The translations under genes were made by a program, and so were the position numbers. DNA of 64,000 bases from Desulfobacterales bacterium (GTDB lineage: Bacteria; Desulfobacterota; Desulfobacteria; Desulfobacterales; UBA5852): NCBI GenBank assembly GCA_963674755.2, contig CAXXVS010000001.1, positions 224,001 through 288,000 on the forward strand. Direction: 5' to 3'. The number at the start of each line of letters is the position of its first letter. Position 1 is the first letter of the stretch. Shown here in pieces: positions 1-10,021 of the stretch. The notes beneath the pieces were generated by a model. The model saw only the letters and a list, made by a program, of their open reading frames with translations, made no database searches and had not been told where the DNA came from.

Positions 1-1
1 C

Positions 2-346
2 CGCCTGCCGGATACCTACAATCTGACCTCGGAAGGATTCCGCAAGCTGAAATGCTTCGCCGGTTTTCTGGCGACCTTTCTGGAGTCCTATCTGATCGTG
101 CTGACATTTTTTGAAGCCACGGACGATCCCCCGGAAGACGGCGCCGCGCGTTTGAAACAGATCCAGTATTTCGGCGCCAAGCTTTTCAAGCGCCAGGAAG
201 TTGTCCGCAAAGAGGCCCTCTCCAAGATCAACTATCTCAACGCCGTTGATTTCTACCTGAAAAGCGGGATCCACAAGCATGCCAACGGCGACTTGACGGC
301 AACGCTTGCGACGATTCGCCGCTGTATGAAGCATCTGCCCCTCTAA
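2..346 (+). CDS. C-terminal part of a probable glycerol-3-phosphate acyltransferase (PlsB-like); 5' end outside window
   Basis: Frame open from window start (RLPDTYNLTSEGFRKLKCFAGFLATFLESYLIV...EALSKINYLNAVDFY); resemblance to PlsB-type C-termini is from memory. Confidence 0.5.
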   Translation, partial: RLPDTYNLTSEGFRKLKCFAGFLATFLESYLIVLTFFEATDDPPEDGAARLKQIQYFGAKLFKRQEVVRKEALSKINYLNAVDFYLKSGIHKHANGDLTATLATIRRCMKHLPL

Positions 347-421
347 CAGGCCGTGGATAAACGGCGCATCGGGCCGGGGCTTGCTTTTGGCCCCGATACG
401 TGCTTGTCCACGACCTGCTTA
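344..421. repeat. Long imperfect inverted repeat / degenerate MITE-like hairpin overlapping the stop codon
   Basis: CAGGCCGTGGATAA...ATCGGGCC pairs with GGCCCCGAT...TTGTCCACGACCTG; TA at both ends. Confidence 0.55.
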
Positions 422-474
422 TCCTGATCCTGTTGCCCCGGCCCGAGCCCCTTCATAACACCATCGCTTTTATG

Positions 475-507
475 AACCGGGCCACTGAAGCCGGGCGGTT
501 TTTTTTT
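475..507 (+). terminator. Possible intrinsic terminator
   Basis: Imperfect GC stem AACCGGGC...GCCGGGCGGTT running into a T tract. Confidence 0.4.
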
Positions 508-714
508 GATACCATTGTTGTCCTGTGATACAGACCATCGAAGGCAGCGGCAATACATTCAATCCGTTTCAAGGGCCATCGGGAGCGCCGACGGCCGTAC
601 GATCACCTTCACCAACACGGTGGGCCGCCTGAACTGCGCCCATCCGTTCCGCAACGCATACGGCATGCCGATTACCGAAGCGATTGACCACCCGAACGCA
701 AGGATCTGCGCACC

Positions 715-2046
715 ATGAAGTCATCTCCGCCTGCTCCATCGCGACCGCCTTCCCCCATAGAAATCTTGCAGCACCTGATTCGTTTCGACACCTCCAATCC
801 CCCCGGCAATGAGACGCCCTGCATTCATTATATCCGTGATCTGCTGGCGGCCTTCGGCATCGAAGCCCGTATCCTGGCCAAAGTCGCTGAACGGGCCAAT
901 CTGGTGGCCCGCATCAAGGGGCGGGGCGCCGCCCCGGGGCTGATGTTGTATGGTCACGCGGACGTGGTCACCACCGCCCATCAGGCGTGGACCCACCCGC
1001 CCTTTGCGGGGCGCCTGGCGGACGGCTATGTGTGGGGCCGCGGGGCCCTGGACATGAAGGGCGGGCTGGCCATGATGCTTTCCGCCGTTTTGGACCTGGC
1101 GGTGCATCACTACCAGCCGGCCGGCGATATTCTATTGGTCATCCTGAGTGACGAGGAAAATGGCGGCCGCCTGGGGGCCGGCTTCCTGGTGGAAGACCAT
1201 CCGGAGCTTTTCCGCGATACGCGTTATGCGGTCGGGGAATTCGGCGGGCATACGAACTACATCGGTTCCCAGCGGTTTTATCCGATCCAGATCGCCGAGA
1301 AGCAATTGTGCTGGATGAAGGCCACCTTGCGCGGTCCCGGCGGACACGGGGCACGCCCCATGCGCAACGGCGCCATGGCCGGCCTGGGGCGCATGCTGAG
1401 CGCCCTGAACCGCCGGCGCCTGCCAGTGCATGTCACACCGCCGGCCCGGCAGATGGTGGAGGCCGTGGCGGCGTCTCTGCCGGGTCTGCGGGGTGCGGTG
1501 CTGCGTCAGCTCTGCACGCCGCGGCTCACCGATCCCCTGCTGAAATTGATGGGGGAGAACGGGAAAAGCTTCGAACCCCTCTTCCGCAACACGGTGAATG
1601 CCACCATCGTCAGGGGCGGGGAGAAGATCAACGTCGTCCCCAGTGAAATCGAGGTGGAGCTGGACGGGCGCTTGCTGCCAGGCTTCGGGCCGGAAGACCT
1701 TATGGCCGAACTGCGCGCGATCATCGGCGCGCAGGCCGAACTGTCCGTCACCCTATTCGAACCCGGCCCCGCCACGCCGGACATGCACCTGTTCGATTTC
1801 CTGGCCGGGGTCCTGAAAGACATCGACCCGGAGGGCACACCGATCCCCCTGCTCATGCCGGCTTTTACCGATGCCCGCTATTTTGCCCGCCTCGACATTC
1901 AGAGCTACGGCTTCACACCCATGAAGCTGCCGCCGGAGTTCAATTTCTTCGCGACCATCCACGGTGCGGATGAACGCATTCCCGTGGACGCCCTGGAATT
2001 CGGCGCCCGGGCGATGCGCGAAGTCCTGCAGCGTTACCCGGGCTGA
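715..2046 (+). CDS. M20/M25/M40 family metallo-hydrolase (ArgE/DapE-like)
   Basis: GHADVV, GRGALDMKG, SDEE, IHGADE motifs. Confidence 0.9.
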   Translation: MKSSPPAPSRPPSPIEILQHLIRFDTSNPPGNETPCIHYIRDLLAAFGIEARILAKVAERANLVARIKGRGAAPGLMLYGHADVVTTAHQAWTHPPFAGRLADGYVWGRGALDMKGGLAMMLSAVLDLAVHHYQPAGDILLVILSDEENGGRLGAGFLVEDHPELFRDTRYAVGEFGGHTNYIGSQRFYPIQIAEKQLCWMKATLRGPGGHGARPMRNGAMAGLGRMLSALNRRRLPVHVTPPARQMVEAVAASLPGLRGAVLRQLCTPRLTDPLLKLMGENGKSFEPLFRNTVNATIVRGGEKINVVPSEIEVELDGRLLPGFGPEDLMAELRAIIGAQAELSVTLFEPGPATPDMHLFDFLAGVLKDIDPEGTPIPLLMPAFTDARYFARLDIQSYGFTPMKLPPEFNFFATIHGADERIPVDALEFGARAMREVLQRYPG

Positions 2047-2199
2047 GCGGTGCGGCCCGGGATGCGCAATGCCTTATCGGTGCTCCGGACAACGATCAAT
2101 GGCTGTAAGCGGCCGGCACCGGATCCTGTGTCCACGGCGTGGAGGTTAGATCCCTGAAACCGGCCGAGCATACCTTTCAGGCAGCACCGCACAAAACCC

Positions 2200-2528
2200 T
2201 GGTGCCGTTGAGCGCCCGCCCGCTGTTTTTCCCGGCCTGGCGCGCGGCGATCCTCGTGCAGCCGGCCAATGCCCTGGCCTTTGCCAGCGACGGCATCAAC
2301 TGGGACAGCAGCGACTTCCGCTACCTGCGCAACGTCATGATCGCGGTAAGCCTGCTGAGCGGTGTGGCCATCCTCCGTCTCGACCTGACCCCACCGGGGG
2401 CCCTGGTCTGGATCTGGGGGATCACGGGCGGCTGGGTTGCGGGCCGGGCCGCCTTGGGTGTGCTGCGGATTTGGCCCGGAATAGGCCAAAGTCCGTTTGC
2501 GCCGGGGGCCAATCTCTGGCATAACTGA
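2200..2528 (+). pseudogene. C-terminal remnant of a MATE (DinF-like) efflux transporter
   Basis: QPANALAFASDGINWDSSDFRYLRNVM...WIW...RIWPGIG resembles the last TM helices of MATE proteins; no plausible N-terminus. Confidence 0.55.
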
Positions 2529-2586
2529 TCCGCACGGCTCGCAGGGAGCCGGAACCGGATTAGAAATTTTATCAAAGGACACACCC

Positions 2587-3486
2587 ATGCTGGCAGTCGA
2601 CCTTCACGGGCGCCGGGCCCTGGTGGCAGGCGTCTCCGATGATAAGGGCTATGGTTTTGCCATCGCCAAGGCGTTGGCCGAGGCCGGGGCTTCGGTCTCG
2701 GTGGGGACTTGGCCGCCGACCTGGAACATCTTTGCCAAACTGATCGAACGGGGCAAAATGGACCGCGCCCGCACGATGCGCGACGGCCGCCTGCTGGAAT
2801 TCGAACGCATCTACCCGTTGGACGCGGCCTTCGATACCCTGGACGATGTGCCGGACGATATCCGGGCAAACAAGCGCTACCAGAATGTGGGCGATTACTC
2901 CATTGCCGGACTGGTCTCCCGCTGGCGGGAGGATTTTGGCGAAGCCGCGTTGGATATCGTCGTCCATTCCCTGGCCAACGGCCCCGAGGTGCGCTATCCG
3001 CTGATCGACACCAGCCGCAACGGTTATCTCACCGCCCTGAGCGTGAGCGCCTATTCGTTGGTGGCCATGGTGCGGCAGATGGCGCCCCTGATGACCTCCG
3101 ACGGCGCCTTGCTGGCCCTGACCTATCTGGCCAGTCAGCGGGTCATACCGGGTTATGGCGGCGGCATGAGTTCCGCCAAGGCGGCCCTGGAGAGCGATGT
3201 CCGGGTGCTGGCCCATGAGGCCGGACGCCGCCACGGCCTGCGTGTCAACTGTATTTCCGCCGGGCCCCTGGCTTCCCGGGCGGCGTCCGCCATCGGCGCG
3301 ATCGATCGCATGGTGGCCTATGTGGCCGAGAATGCGCCCTTGACCGAGCCCCTGCGGGCCGAAGAGGTCGGGCAGGCCGCGGCTTTTCTTTGCAGCCCGC
3401 TGGCCAGCGGCATCACCGGCACGGTGGTCTACGTGGACAAGGGCTACCATGCCATGGGGATGCCGGTTGACCAGCAGTTGCTTTGA
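2587..3486 (+). CDS. fabI: Enoyl-ACP reductase, chlamydial/plastid-type
   Basis: GTWPP, IYPLDA, HSLANGPEV, IPGYGGGMSSAKAALESD; RBS AAAGGA before ATG 2587. Confidence 0.9.
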   Translation: MLAVDLHGRRALVAGVSDDKGYGFAIAKALAEAGASVSVGTWPPTWNIFAKLIERGKMDRARTMRDGRLLEFERIYPLDAAFDTLDDVPDDIRANKRYQNVGDYSIAGLVSRWREDFGEAALDIVVHSLANGPEVRYPLIDTSRNGYLTALSVSAYSLVAMVRQMAPLMTSDGALLALTYLASQRVIPGYGGGMSSAKAALESDVRVLAHEAGRRHGLRVNCISAGPLASRAASAIGAIDRMVAYVAENAPLTEPLRAEEVGQAAAFLCSPLASGITGTVVYVDKGYHAMGMPVDQQLL

Positions 3487-3520
3487 TTCGATAACCTTTG
3501 GTTAACATGAGGATGGGATC

Positions 3521-3940
3521 ATGAAAACGGTGTTGCGTTTTAAGCGTAGCGGGGTCGTCGGGGGGCTTGTCCTTCTGCTGCTGGCCGGTATTCCGACGGT
3601 GGCCCCATGTCAGTCAACCGCCTTTACCGTGGCGCGGCTGGTAACCTGTGAAGCTGTTCGGGACCGCACTCCCGTCAATGTGACGGAAGTCTTCCCGGCA
3701 GGAACGGAAACCGTATACTGTTTTCTCGAAGCACGCGATATCGCCCAGCCCACCGACGTCAAAATGGTCTGGTACCATGGCGACCAGGAAGTGGCCCAGG
3801 TCCCCTTGGCCATCGGCCAGGGCCTGCGCTGGCGCACTTACGCCAGCAAAGAAATGATGGGCATGAAAGGCAATTGGAAGGTTTATCTCGTGGATGCGGC
3901 CGACAATACCTTGGCTTCGGTTCAGTTCGTTCTGGAATGA
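3521..3940 (+). CDS. Secreted DUF2914-like Ig-fold protein
   Basis: Signal peptide; VYCF...WY...RWRTYASK...GNWKV pattern. Confidence 0.75.
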   Translation: MKTVLRFKRSGVVGGLVLLLLAGIPTVAPCQSTAFTVARLVTCEAVRDRTPVNVTEVFPAGTETVYCFLEARDIAQPTDVKMVWYHGDQEVAQVPLAIGQGLRWRTYASKEMMGMKGNWKVYLVDAADNTLASVQFVLE

Positions 3941-4016
3941 GGGGCTCCGCTCGATCGGGAACCGCTCCTGATACCAGCGGTCCATCCGACAAAATGGGAA
4001 GGGCAGCCCTTTGATC

Positions 4017-4856
4017 ATGCGTGATGTCGCAAGGGGACAAGGCAAGGCCGCCATCCTGGCCATCGGTCTGGCATCGGCCCTGGTGGTGGGGGTCCTGGAC
4101 TACCTGGCGGGCCGCCAGTTCCCGTTGACGGCCGTCTATCTGCTGCCGATCTGTTTTGTGGCCTGGCAGGCCGGCGAAGGGGCCGGCCTCCTGCTGGCCT
4201 TCTTGTGTGCCGCGATCTGGTTCGCCGCCGGCCACTATGCCGGCCGCCTCTTTTCTTCCTCGCTGGCGATGCTCTGGCAGTTACTTTCCATGACCGTCAT
4301 GGCCGCGGCCTTTGCGGTTCTTTCGGCACGTCTGCGCAAGGCCCGGTCGCGCACCCAGGCCCTGTCGCTGGTTGATTTCTTAACCGGCGCCCTGAACAGT
4401 CGCGCCTTCTACAACATCATCGAGAACGAACACCGCAAGAGCACGCGCTACGAACGTCCCATGACGCTGGTCTATATCGGGCTGGATCATTTCAAGCGCG
4501 TCAACGACCGCTTCGGCCATACCACCGGCGATACGGTGCTGCTCAAGGTGGCGCGTACCATGATGAAGGCCTTGCGCGCCACCGACCATGTGGCCCGCCT
4601 GGGCGGCGATGAATATATCGTCCTGTTGCCGGAAACCGACCGCGAGGCCGCCAGAAACGTTGTCCCCAAGATTGGCGAGCGCCTGACGGTTGAAATGGAA
4701 GACAACGGCTGGCCGATCACCATGAGCGTGGCCGTGGTCACCTTTGTGCGGATGCCGCCTACGGCGCATGAAATGATCCAGATGGCGGAGAAATTGATGC
4801 GGGTTGTCAAAAAGGGCGGCAAAAATGCGGTCCGCTACGCATCCTACAAGGGATAG
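4017..4856 (+). CDS. Membrane-bound GGDEF-domain protein (possibly catalytically impaired)
   Basis: About 4 TM helices; DFLTGALN, FKRVNDRFGH, RATD I-site, GGDEY. Confidence 0.85.
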   Translation: MRDVARGQGKAAILAIGLASALVVGVLDYLAGRQFPLTAVYLLPICFVAWQAGEGAGLLLAFLCAAIWFAAGHYAGRLFSSSLAMLWQLLSMTVMAAAFAVLSARLRKARSRTQALSLVDFLTGALNSRAFYNIIENEHRKSTRYERPMTLVYIGLDHFKRVNDRFGHTTGDTVLLKVARTMMKALRATDHVARLGGDEYIVLLPETDREAARNVVPKIGERLTVEMEDNGWPITMSVAVVTFVRMPPTAHEMIQMAEKLMRVVKKGGKNAVRYASYKG

Positions 4857-4905
4857 AAGGGGCTATCGCGTTTGCCGCGGCACCGGCCGCCCCCTATCCT
4901 TCCAC

Positions 4906-5155
4906 TATAAGTTATCTCAAAAAAGTCTTTTGGCCCGATCCGCCAGAAGCGGACAAGTCCTCTGAAGGCGGATAAATCTCGGCGTTGGACGCTCGTTTCA
5001 TGTCATTGAAATACCGACGTATTCCTGCGGATGCGCCCACCGCAAAGAATTCATCGGATGGGAAGTCCCGTCTATCGGGATAATATCCAGCGAAGCTGGA
5101 AAACGCGTGTCCGCCTTGATCTGGAACCAAAATCCTGATTTTGAGATGGCTTCTA
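4906..5155 (-). mobile_element. MITE-like structured repeat, copy A (250 bp)
   Basis: Terminal IRs TATAAGTTATCTCAAA / TTTGAGATGGCTTCTA; reverse complement aligns with 12762-12954. Confidence 0.75.
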
Positions 5156-5177
5156 ATGAAGCCTCGGAGGTTCCCCC

Positions 5178-6257
5178 ATGGCCAGAATCGTGTACGGTGT
5201 TTCCGGCGAAGGCTCCGGCCATTCTTCACGGGCACGGGTTGTCGCAGCCCATCTCGAGGCCCGGGGGCACCGTGTCACGATTGTCAGCTATGGCCGCGGT
5301 TACGAAAATCTCCACGATCGTTTCGATGTTTTCCAGACCGAAGGCTTGCATATTGCCACCCGTGACAACGAAGTTTCCAAAAGACGAACCTTCCTGGACA
5401 ACCTTCAGCGGCTGCCCCAGGGCCACCGCAAGCTGAACGCCATCAAAAAAGACCTGTTCCAGGATGATCCGCCTGAAGTAGTTCTCACGGATTTCGAGCC
5501 CATGACGGCCTATCTGGCCCATCACTACGACCGGCCCCTGGTGACCATCGACAACCAGCACCGCCTGCGCTACATGACTTATCCCTGTCCGGCCGACCTG
5601 AAGGCCGATCAACTGCTGACGGAAAACATCATCCGCGCCATGGTGCCGCGTCCGGATGTCTCGCTGGTGACCACCTTTTACTTCGGTGAAACGCGCAATG
5701 ACCGTACCTTTCTCTTCCCCCCACTTTTACGGGACGAGGTGATGGACCTCGTCCCGGCGGAAGAGGGCCATGTGCTGGTCTATTTGACAAGTGGTTTCAG
5801 CTCATTTCTGGATTCGCTCAGAACCTTCAAGCGCGAGCGGTTTGTCGTTTACGGTTGCGGCCCGGACCGCGAAGAAGGCCATTTGCATTTCAAGGCCCCC
5901 AGCCGGGAAGGATTTCTGCAGGATCTGGCCGGCTGCAAGGCGGTCATGGCCACGGCGGGCTATACCCTCATCACCGAAGCACTTCATCTGCACAAGCCCT
6001 ATCTGGCCCTGCCTATGCGCGGCCAATTCGAGCAGGAGATCAACGCCTTTTTCCTGGAACAGTCGGGCTATGGCCGCAACCTGCGGCAGGCAACGCCGGA
6101 AGGCATCGGCGATTTTCTCTATGGTCTTCCCGAATACAAGGCCCGGCTGTCCGAGTATCCCGGATCAGACAACACGGCCCTGCTAGGCATGCTGGATCAG
6201 TTGCTGGAAAACGAGGGCGAACTGGCCCGCGCCTTTCATCAACGGCGCACCGCTTAG
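5178..6257 (+). CDS. MJ1255/VC2487 family glycosyltransferase (GT-B)
   Basis: YGVSGEGSGHSSR, TDFEP, IDNQH, GQFEQEINA. Confidence 0.88.
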   Translation: MARIVYGVSGEGSGHSSRARVVAAHLEARGHRVTIVSYGRGYENLHDRFDVFQTEGLHIATRDNEVSKRRTFLDNLQRLPQGHRKLNAIKKDLFQDDPPEVVLTDFEPMTAYLAHHYDRPLVTIDNQHRLRYMTYPCPADLKADQLLTENIIRAMVPRPDVSLVTTFYFGETRNDRTFLFPPLLRDEVMDLVPAEEGHVLVYLTSGFSSFLDSLRTFKRERFVVYGCGPDREEGHLHFKAPSREGFLQDLAGCKAVMATAGYTLITEALHLHKPYLALPMRGQFEQEINAFFLEQSGYGRNLRQATPEGIGDFLYGLPEYKARLSEYPGSDNTALLGMLDQLLENEGELARAFHQRRTA

Positions 6258-8005
6258 CCGGACGGTATTGACTGGAACAAGCGGGCGTAGCGTCCTCCGG
6301 CGGCCAGCAGCGCATGGTGCGGGCCGTCTTCCACGATGCGCCCACCCTCCAGAAATACGATGCGGTCCAACTGATGCAGGGCCACGGGCCGGTGGGTGAT
6401 GAGCAGCAGGGTGCGCCCGGCACTCAATTCCAGCAAGGTGTCCATGAGAAGCTGTTCATTGGTATGATCCAGACCCTCGGTGGGCTCGTCCAGCAGCCAA
6501 ATGGGTGCATTGCGCAGAACCGCCTGGGCCACCGCCAGGCGGCGTGCTTCCCCGCCTGAAAGACCGTGACCGGACGCCCCGATCCAGGTTTCCAGACCTT
6601 CCGGGAGAGCACTTGCGAAGCCGTCCAGGCGAGCGGCGTGCAGGGCATCCCAGAGCGCACCGTCGTCCGCTCCGGGGCAGGCCAGACGGAGATTGTCCCC
6701 TATCGTGGCATTGAACAGGTGGGATTGCTGGGAAACGACGGCCATGCGACTGCGCAGATGGTCTTCACTCAGGGTGCACAGAGGCCGGCCCCCGATCCGG
6801 ATGCAGCCTTCATCCGGGTCCCAGAAGCGCGCCAGCAGGTGCATGAGGGTCGATTTGCCGGCCCCGGTGGCCCCCATGATCGCCACCCGTTCCCCCTGGC
6901 CGACGTTCAGGCAGAAATCCCGGAGCACATCCGGTTCCTGCGATGCGTAGCGGAAGGTAACGTTTTCGAAAGCGATGGCGTTGCCTTCCGGGGGAGGCGA
7001 CGTATTCGGGAATTGCACGGCGGGGGCTTGTTCGACGATTTCCATCAGGCGCCGTGAGGCCTCCCGGGTGCGGCTGAGATATTGAAAGGCGGCCGGCAGC
7101 GGCCAGACCACCTCGAAGGCGGCCAGGGTACCGAAGGCCAGCATGGCCAGCACGGCGCCGTCCAGTCGACCGGTCTCCACCTGGCCGGCCCCGCCATACA
7201 ACACCAGCCCCACCGTTGCACCGGAGAGCAGGGTCAACCCGGCGGAGGTGGCGCCGCTGATGTGGCTCATGCGCGCCTGGGTCCGGATCAGGCTGTCCTG
7301 GCAGCGGACGATGGTCTGTTGATGGCGGTGGGCAGCATCGAAAATCAGCAGTTCGGCCAGGCCCTGCACGCTTTCGACCATGTGGATCCGCATGGCGGCG
7401 GAATGCCGGGCCAGGGCTTGTCCCAGGCGGCGGCCGGCCCGGTCGGCCGCCATGGGCAGGGCCAGCCCGGCGGCGCCCATACCGATCAGCAGGGTCAGCG
7501 CGGCGCCCTGGTCGAAGCGCCGGAAAACCGCCGCGGCGGTCAGGGTCACGACAAACGCGACGATCAGGGGCGACAATACCCGGATGTAGAGGTTGTCGAG
7601 GGCGTCGATGTCGGCCACGATGCGGTTGAGAATATCCCCGGAGCGATAATCGCGCAGCCGCGCCGGTGCAAGGGGCTCCAAGCGCCGATAAAACCAGACC
7701 CGCAGATTTTCCAGGATGCGGAAGGTGATGTCGTGATTGACGATTCGTTCGCCATAGCGGGCCAGCGTGCGGGTAATGGCAAAGATCCGGATGCCGACGC
7801 TGGGATGGAACAAGTTGAAGAGATGGGCGGTCAGGGGGGTGAGGCCGGCCAGGGCGGCCGCCGAAATAAACCAGCCCGCAAGCGCCAGGAGACCGATGCC
7901 GGCCCCGCCGGCCAGGCACGCCAGCAGCAGGCCGAGCAGCATCCCGCGGCCATGGGGGACCAGCAGGCGCAGGAAGGGGCGCAGGGAACCTGTGGGCTCA
8001 GACAT
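6254..8005 (-). CDS. cydC: Thiol/heme ABC exporter subunit CydC
   Basis: RTLARYGERIVNHDITFR, Walker A GATGAGKST, LSGGEARR, LLDEPTEGLD. Confidence 0.93.
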   Translation of the reverse strand: MSEPTGSLRPFLRLLVPHGRGMLLGLLLACLAGGAGIGLLALAGWFISAAALAGLTPLTAHLFNLFHPSVGIRIFAITRTLARYGERIVNHDITFRILENLRVWFYRRLEPLAPARLRDYRSGDILNRIVADIDALDNLYIRVLSPLIVAFVVTLTAAAVFRRFDQGAALTLLIGMGAAGLALPMAADRAGRRLGQALARHSAAMRIHMVESVQGLAELLIFDAAHRHQQTIVRCQDSLIRTQARMSHISGATSAGLTLLSGATVGLVLYGGAGQVETGRLDGAVLAMLAFGTLAAFEVVWPLPAAFQYLSRTREASRRLMEIVEQAPAVQFPNTSPPPEGNAIAFENVTFRYASQEPDVLRDFCLNVGQGERVAIMGATGAGKSTLMHLLARFWDPDEGCIRIGGRPLCTLSEDHLRSRMAVVSQQSHLFNATIGDNLRLACPGADDGALWDALHAARLDGFASALPEGLETWIGASGHGLSGGEARRLAVAQAVLRNAPIWLLDEPTEGLDHTNEQLLMDTLLELSAGRTLLLITHRPVALHQLDRIVFLEGGRIVEDGPHHALLAAGGRYARLFQSIPSG

Positions 8006-9788
8006 GATGGCCGACTTTCCGCGGCGGCTGCAGCAAGCGGAAGAGGGGGCCCCGGGCTGCCATCAGGTCCCGGTAGGGCCCGTCTTCGACGATGGTGCCC
8101 CCCTGCATCGTAAGGACGCGCTCCGTGTCCCGGACATGGGCCATGCGATGGGTGACCATGATAATCGTGCGCCCCCGGCCGACAGCGTCGATGGCTGCGA
8201 TTACCAACCGTTCATTGAGACTGTCCAGACCGGCCGTGGGCTCGTCTAAAAGCAGCACAGGGGGATCGGCCAGGAAGGCGCGTGCCAGGGCCACGCGCTG
8301 GGCCTGGCCGCGGGAAAGCCGATGGCCTTTTTCGCCCACCGGGGTGTCGAGGCCGTGGGGCATGCGATCGGCAAATCCGAGGACTTTGGCGGCCTGGGCT
8401 GCAGCCTGGATGGCGCCCTCGTCGGCTTTCGGGCGGCCCAGGCGGATATTGTCCCGCAGGGAACCATGAAAAAGAACGGGCTGCTGGGCGACCCAGGCCA
8501 ACTGCCGGCGCCAGTGCCGGAGGGATAGCGTTTCCAGCGGGCGGCCGTTGATTTTGATGGTGCCGCCGGTGGGGCGGTAAAACCCCATCAGCAGGTTTAG
8601 CAGCGTGGATTTGCCCTCACCGCTGGCGCCGGCCAGTGTGATTTTTTCGCCCGGACGGACCCTGAAACTCACCTCCCGCAGCACCCCCGGCGAGCCGTCC
8701 TCAAAGGCGAAGCGTACCTGCTCGAAGGCGATGTCGATGGGGGGGGCGGGGGTTGCGTCCACGTCCGCGACGGGGGGCATTGCCGCGGGCGTCCGGAGCA
8801 CCTGCATGATTTCTTCCGCCGCCCCGGCGGCTTCCGCCCGGGCATGATAGTGGGTCCCCAATTCCCGCAGCGGCAGGTAAAAATCGGGCGCCAGCACCAG
8901 AATGAAGAGACCGGCCGCGAGCGTGAGGGGGCTGCCGTAAGTGCCGAAGTGGATATAGCCCAGAAAGCGGGTCCCCAAATAGACGGCCACCAGGGCGATC
9001 GAAATCGAGCTGAAGAATTCCAGCACGGCGGAGGAAAGAAAGGCGATGCGCAGTACTTTCATGGTCCGCTGGCGGTATTCCCGGGAGACTTCGGCCACGC
9101 GCTGGGCCGCCCCCTGGCTGCGCTGGAAAAGCTTGAGCGTCGGCAGGCCCTGCAGGATGTCCAGGAAATGGGCACTCATGCGGGACAGGGCCTGGAACTG
9201 GCGCTGGCTGACGGATTCGGCGCCCATCCCCACGATCACCATGAACAAGGGAATCAGGGGCGCGGTGGCCGCCAGAATGATGCCGGCGGTCCAGCTGACC
9301 GGAAAGACCACTGCCAAAATGCTGAGGGGGATGAGGACGGCCAGAGCCAGCTGGGGCAGGTAGCGGGCGAAAAAATTGTGCAGGGCTTCCACCTGTTCCA
9401 CAAGGATGCTGGCCAGTGCGCCGGCCTCGTGCCGGTCGGTGAGCGCCGGCCCGGCGGCGGTCAGGTGGTCGAGAAGCTGTCGGCGAACTTCGGTGCGTAC
9501 ACGGGCACCGGCCTTGAAGCCGGCTATTTCCCGCGCCCAAGCCAGGACTGCCCGGCCGATAACGACCAGGGCGAAAAAGATGAAAAACGACATCAGTTCG
9601 GCGCGCGGCCGCTGCTCGATAAAAACGCCATGGATGATACGGGCTGTCAGGGAGGCCTGGACGATAAGCAGCAGGCCGCTGCCGAAGCCCAGACCGACGG
9701 TCAGGAGGATCCACAGCCGTGCCGTTCGGGCGTGCCGCAACAGCCAGTTCAGGGCCGGTTTGGATGTATGGGTAGGTGAAGGATTCAT
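7998..9788 (-). CDS. cydD: Thiol/heme ABC exporter subunit CydD
   Basis: TMKVLRIAFLSSAVLEFF, PLRELGTHYHARA, GASGEGKST, GQAQRVALARA. Confidence 0.93.
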   Translation of the reverse strand: MNPSPTHTSKPALNWLLRHARTARLWILLTVGLGFGSGLLLIVQASLTARIIHGVFIEQRPRAELMSFFIFFALVVIGRAVLAWAREIAGFKAGARVRTEVRRQLLDHLTAAGPALTDRHEAGALASILVEQVEALHNFFARYLPQLALAVLIPLSILAVVFPVSWTAGIILAATAPLIPLFMVIVGMGAESVSQRQFQALSRMSAHFLDILQGLPTLKLFQRSQGAAQRVAEVSREYRQRTMKVLRIAFLSSAVLEFFSSISIALVAVYLGTRFLGYIHFGTYGSPLTLAAGLFILVLAPDFYLPLRELGTHYHARAEAAGAAEEIMQVLRTPAAMPPVADVDATPAPPIDIAFEQVRFAFEDGSPGVLREVSFRVRPGEKITLAGASGEGKSTLLNLLMGFYRPTGGTIKINGRPLETLSLRHWRRQLAWVAQQPVLFHGSLRDNIRLGRPKADEGAIQAAAQAAKVLGFADRMPHGLDTPVGEKGHRLSRGQAQRVALARAFLADPPVLLLDEPTAGLDSLNERLVIAAIDAVGRGRTIIMVTHRMAHVRDTERVLTMQGGTIVEDGPYRDLMAARGPLFRLLQPPRKVGHHV

Positions 9789-9807
9789 CGGAAACTATTT
9801 GACAGCT

Positions 9808-9836
9808 ATTATTGGGGTATAATAGGAAATTTGCAA
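9808..9836 (-). promoter_or_regulatory. Candidate sigma70 promoter for cydDC
   Basis: Minus strand TTGCAA-N17-AATAAT just upstream of cydD ATG. Confidence 0.4.
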
Positions 9837-10021
9837 ACAAAAGGCATCATCCGTCCGGAGAGGCACGTACGCCAGGCGGGCAACCTGTCCGGACGCGGTG
9901 GCCGCCCCCCGGAAGATTCTCGACCTGCCGCCCGGACCCTTACAGCGCATGACCGGCACCCCGGCCTGATCCGGTACCATACCGACCGAGAGCTGTCTAT
10001 TTAATTTCAAGGAGTCGCTTC

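Noticed and set aside
506..718. 70-aa ORF before the M20 hydrolase
   Set aside because: Starts within a terminator-like T tract, no RBS or recognisable family
4912..5235. ORFs inside the repeat elements (also 12751-12948)
   Set aside because: Chance frames in palindromic non-coding repeats
9799..9823. Perfect TTGACA and TATAAT on the plus strand
   Set aside because: Spacer is only 13 nt, too short for one sigma70 promoter
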